From assembly GCA_050124655.1 (NCBI GenBank), contig JASFEV010000003.1:1-48606 (forward strand): a stretch of 48,606 nt of DNA. The letters are read 5' to 3'. The position numbers and the translations under genes were made by a program. Source of the DNA: Desulfobacterales bacterium (lineage in GTDB: Bacteria; Desulfobacterota; Desulfobacteria; Desulfobacterales; JAHEIW01). Below are positions 46,343 to 48,606 of the stretch, in pieces; position 1 is the stretch's first letter, and each line of letters begins with the position of its first letter. Below the pieces are notes generated by a model that was given only the letters and a program-made list of their open reading frames with translations, had not been told where the DNA came from and did no database searches.

Positions 46343-46373
46343 ATGGGTTTTAGATGCATTTTTGAGGGCGTTT

Positions 46374-48606
46374 TTAAAAGAGTTTGAGCTGTTTTTGCTG
46401 CTTCCTTTTAGACTTTTTCTGTGGGGATTCGTTTTTCTTGAGGCGGTTTTCAATATCGGACAGAAATGGAGAGGGCGAGCGCGTCAAAAGCTTTCCATAT
46501 ATGCTGCGTTTTTTAGCCCGGGTCAGATATAATTGCTGCATGGCCCGGGTCATGGCCACATAAAAAAGCCGACGTTCCTCAGCCGGGTCGGCCTGTCTGC
46601 TGCCCTGATGGTTTAAGGGTATCAAATCGTCTTCGCACCCGGCGATAAACACCACCGGAAATTCCAGGCCTTTGGCGGCATGCATGGTCATCAACGCTAC
46701 TTTCTCCGCGCGCGAAACGTAAACATCGGTGTCACTATGCAGTGATGCTGTCGCTAAAAATGCGGCTATGTCATTGCCGTAATCTTCGGCCAAAGCAAGG
46801 AGGTGGCGAAATGCCTCCCGGGATTGTCGAGCAGTGCCCAGAATGACAGCAAGCTGCGGGATTCGGGACAAATGCTGTAATTTTGCGGCAATACTCATAT
46901 CGATCGTCTCGTTTTTGATGCCGGCCAGCGTTTCGCCAAAATCGATGAGCTTTTGCTGTTGAGTACGGTTTAATCCCGGCACCGGAAAACGTCTGGCATT
47001 TTCCAAACCTTTTTGCTGGGAAAATTTCTTTGAATAGCACCAGGATTTAAATTGATCGGTTGTCTTTTTATTCAGGCCGACGGGATATAGCGACAGGCAG
47101 TTGTTTAAATCCAGATCGCTACCGTATCCCCCCACAATGCTTAACAGTGAGATGAGTTCGGTCAAGCCCCCGCCTTCAAGCCAATTTTTGCGGCTGGCTA
47201 CCTGGAAGGGCACCCCCTCCTGTAAAAAGACCTCGGCGATAATTTTGAGCTGATAGTGGGTGCGAACCAGAACGGCAAAATCTGCATAACTGCGGGCAGA
47301 AACAAGATTGGCATCAGCCACCTGGCCGGTGTCGATGGAATGAAAACCGGAACCACCCACCAACTGGCCGATCGTTGCGGCGATAGCCCGGGCTTCGGCT
47401 TTGCCGCTGGCCGACTCGAGGATGTTGATGGTTTTTACACCATCGATCATGGAATAGGTCCGCGCGTCACCGGTATGCAACCGCTGGTCCTGAATGATCT
47501 GATAAGATGCATCCAGAATGGTTTCTGTCGATCGATAATTACGGGTTAATTCAATAACGGTTGTGTTGGGATAATCATCCACAAAACGCGTAAAATACCG
47601 GACGTCCGATCCTCTGAACCCGTATATGGATTGGTCAGGGTCGCCAATGGCGCATAAATTTTGTTGGGTGGCATCGGAGGGGACCAGCGCCCGTACGATA
47701 CGGTACTGTCCGTGATTTAGGTCCTGATATTCATCGACGAAAATATGCTCAAATTGACGGCGGTACGTTTGGCAGATCTTTTGATCGTTTTCCAGCAGCC
47801 GAACAACTTCAAAAATCAGATCTTCATAATCATAAAGCCCCTGAATGGACAACAGGTTTTGATAACTGTGATACACTTCGGCCATGGCGCGGTCGTCAGC
47901 GCTGATGTGTTCCGACGGGGCGATGTCTTCCGGACCCAATATGTGCTGTTTGGCCGCCATGATTTGGTTGCTTAAATGTTGCGGCTTTAAGGAAACCTCA
48001 ATCCCCAAATCCCGAACCCTTTTGACCGCTTCTCCGATGAATTCTTTGCGATCACCGTCGTCAATGATACCAAAGGTCTTTTGGGAATTGAGATCACTCA
48101 ATATTCTATAGCACAGGGAATGAAAGGTGACCGTCAGAGGCAATTGATGCCGCTGGCCCAGAATTGTGCGTAAGCGCTGCTGCATCTCCTCAGCCGCTTT
48201 GCGGGTAAAGGTCACTGCCAGTATATGTTCAGGGCCAACGCCTTTTGTCATGATAAAATGCGCTATTCTCATCGTCAGGGTCAGGGTTTTACCGGTCCCG
48301 GGCCCGGCAACAATCAGCAGAGGACCATCAGCATGCTCTACTGCCCGGCGCTGTTCGTCATTCAGTTCACGAATATGGATTTGCGGCGAAGTGCGTTTTA
48401 ATTTATCCTCACGGGAAGCACGCGCTTTTTTAGGAGCCGGTTTAGTAGGAAGGCGTGTGCCGCCGCTATTGGATTCAGACGCCTGAGGCGCGCTGATTGC
48501 AAAAAGTGATTGCTGGCCCAAAAGGGCTGCTCGATCATCGTCCTTAAAGATTTGAACCCGACCATATTGCCCGTCAAATCCGGGAATGACGTTAATTTCC
48601 CGCTGC
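46374..48606 (-). CDS. UvrD/PcrA-family helicase fused to an N-terminal PHP/endonuclease Q-like domain (5' part outside window)
   Basis: AGPGTGKT, VTFTRKAA.EM, FVDEYQD, IGDPDQSIYGFRG, NYRS, TMHAAKGLEF, EERRLFYVAMTRA; frame open to the window edge with VIPGFDGQYGRVQIF. Confidence 0.92.
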   Translation of the reverse strand, partial: QREINVIPGFDGQYGRVQIFKDDDRAALLGQQSLFAISAPQASESNSGGTRLPTKPAPKKARASREDKLKRTSPQIHIRELNDEQRRAVEHADGPLLIVAGPGTGKTLTLTMRIAHFIMTKGVGPEHILAVTFTRKAAEEMQQRLRTILGQRHQLPLTVTFHSLCYRILSDLNSQKTFGIIDDGDRKEFIGEAVKRVRDLGIEVSLKPQHLSNQIMAAKQHILGPEDIAPSEHISADDRAMAEVYHSYQNLLSIQGLYDYEDLIFEVVRLLENDQKICQTYRRQFEHIFVDEYQDLNHGQYRIVRALVPSDATQQNLCAIGDPDQSIYGFRGSDVRYFTRFVDDYPNTTVIELTRNYRSTETILDASYQIIQDQRLHTGDARTYSMIDGVKTINILESASGKAEARAIAATIGQLVGGSGFHSIDTGQVADANLVSARSYADFAVLVRTHYQLKIIAEVFLQEGVPFQVASRKNWLEGGGLTELISLLSIVGGYGSDLDLNNCLSLYPVGLNKKTTDQFKSWCYSKKFSQQKGLENARRFPVPGLNRTQQQKLIDFGETLAGIKNETIDMSIAAKLQHLSRIPQLAVILGTARQSREAFRHLLALAEDYGNDIAAFLATASLHSDTDVYVSRAEKVALMTMHAAKGLEFPVVFIAGCEDDLIPLNHQGSRQADPAEERRLFYVAMTRAMQQLYLTRAKKRSIYGKLLTRSPSPFLSDIENRLKKNESPQKKSKRKQQKQLKLF

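Overview
Mostly core-genome DNA from a sulfate-reducing Desulfobacterota (Desulfobacterales-like) bacterium. In order: moaE (partial)-moaC-mltA, tatA/B-tatC, a tetraheme cytochrome c3, a minus-strand dsrA-dsrB-dsrD-dsrN-methyltransferase operon preceded by a TPR gene and an unknown kinase-fold-like gene, dapA, DUF2780, YkgJ and ilvE. Next comes a glycogen locus with eukaryote-like enzyme types (UDPGP-family UGPase, 1438-aa two-domain debranching enzyme, glgP, glgA, GH13_8-type glgB; no glgC in the window), with a DUF2914 + CdaA-YbbR diadenylate cyclase pair inserted in it. The right third holds PdxR-like MocR/pdxS/pdxT, assorted envelope genes, alkaline phosphatase, MuiA, an SLT and an EndoQ-UvrD fusion running off the edge. 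Best leads: (1) the PrmA-like methyltransferase closing the dsr operon has an N-terminal domain that aligns by eye with DsrD itself; (2) tandem NrdR-like boxes 31 bp apart upstream of the dsrA promoter; (3) about a dozen short-period (7-9 nt) tandem-repeat hairpins of unrelated motif but shared architecture, several with nested mini-palindromes, one in frame inside dsrN; (4) an unannotated 57-aa armless HU protein. All calls are from motif recognition by eye; no searches were run. No rRNA, tRNA, CRISPR array or transposase was seen.
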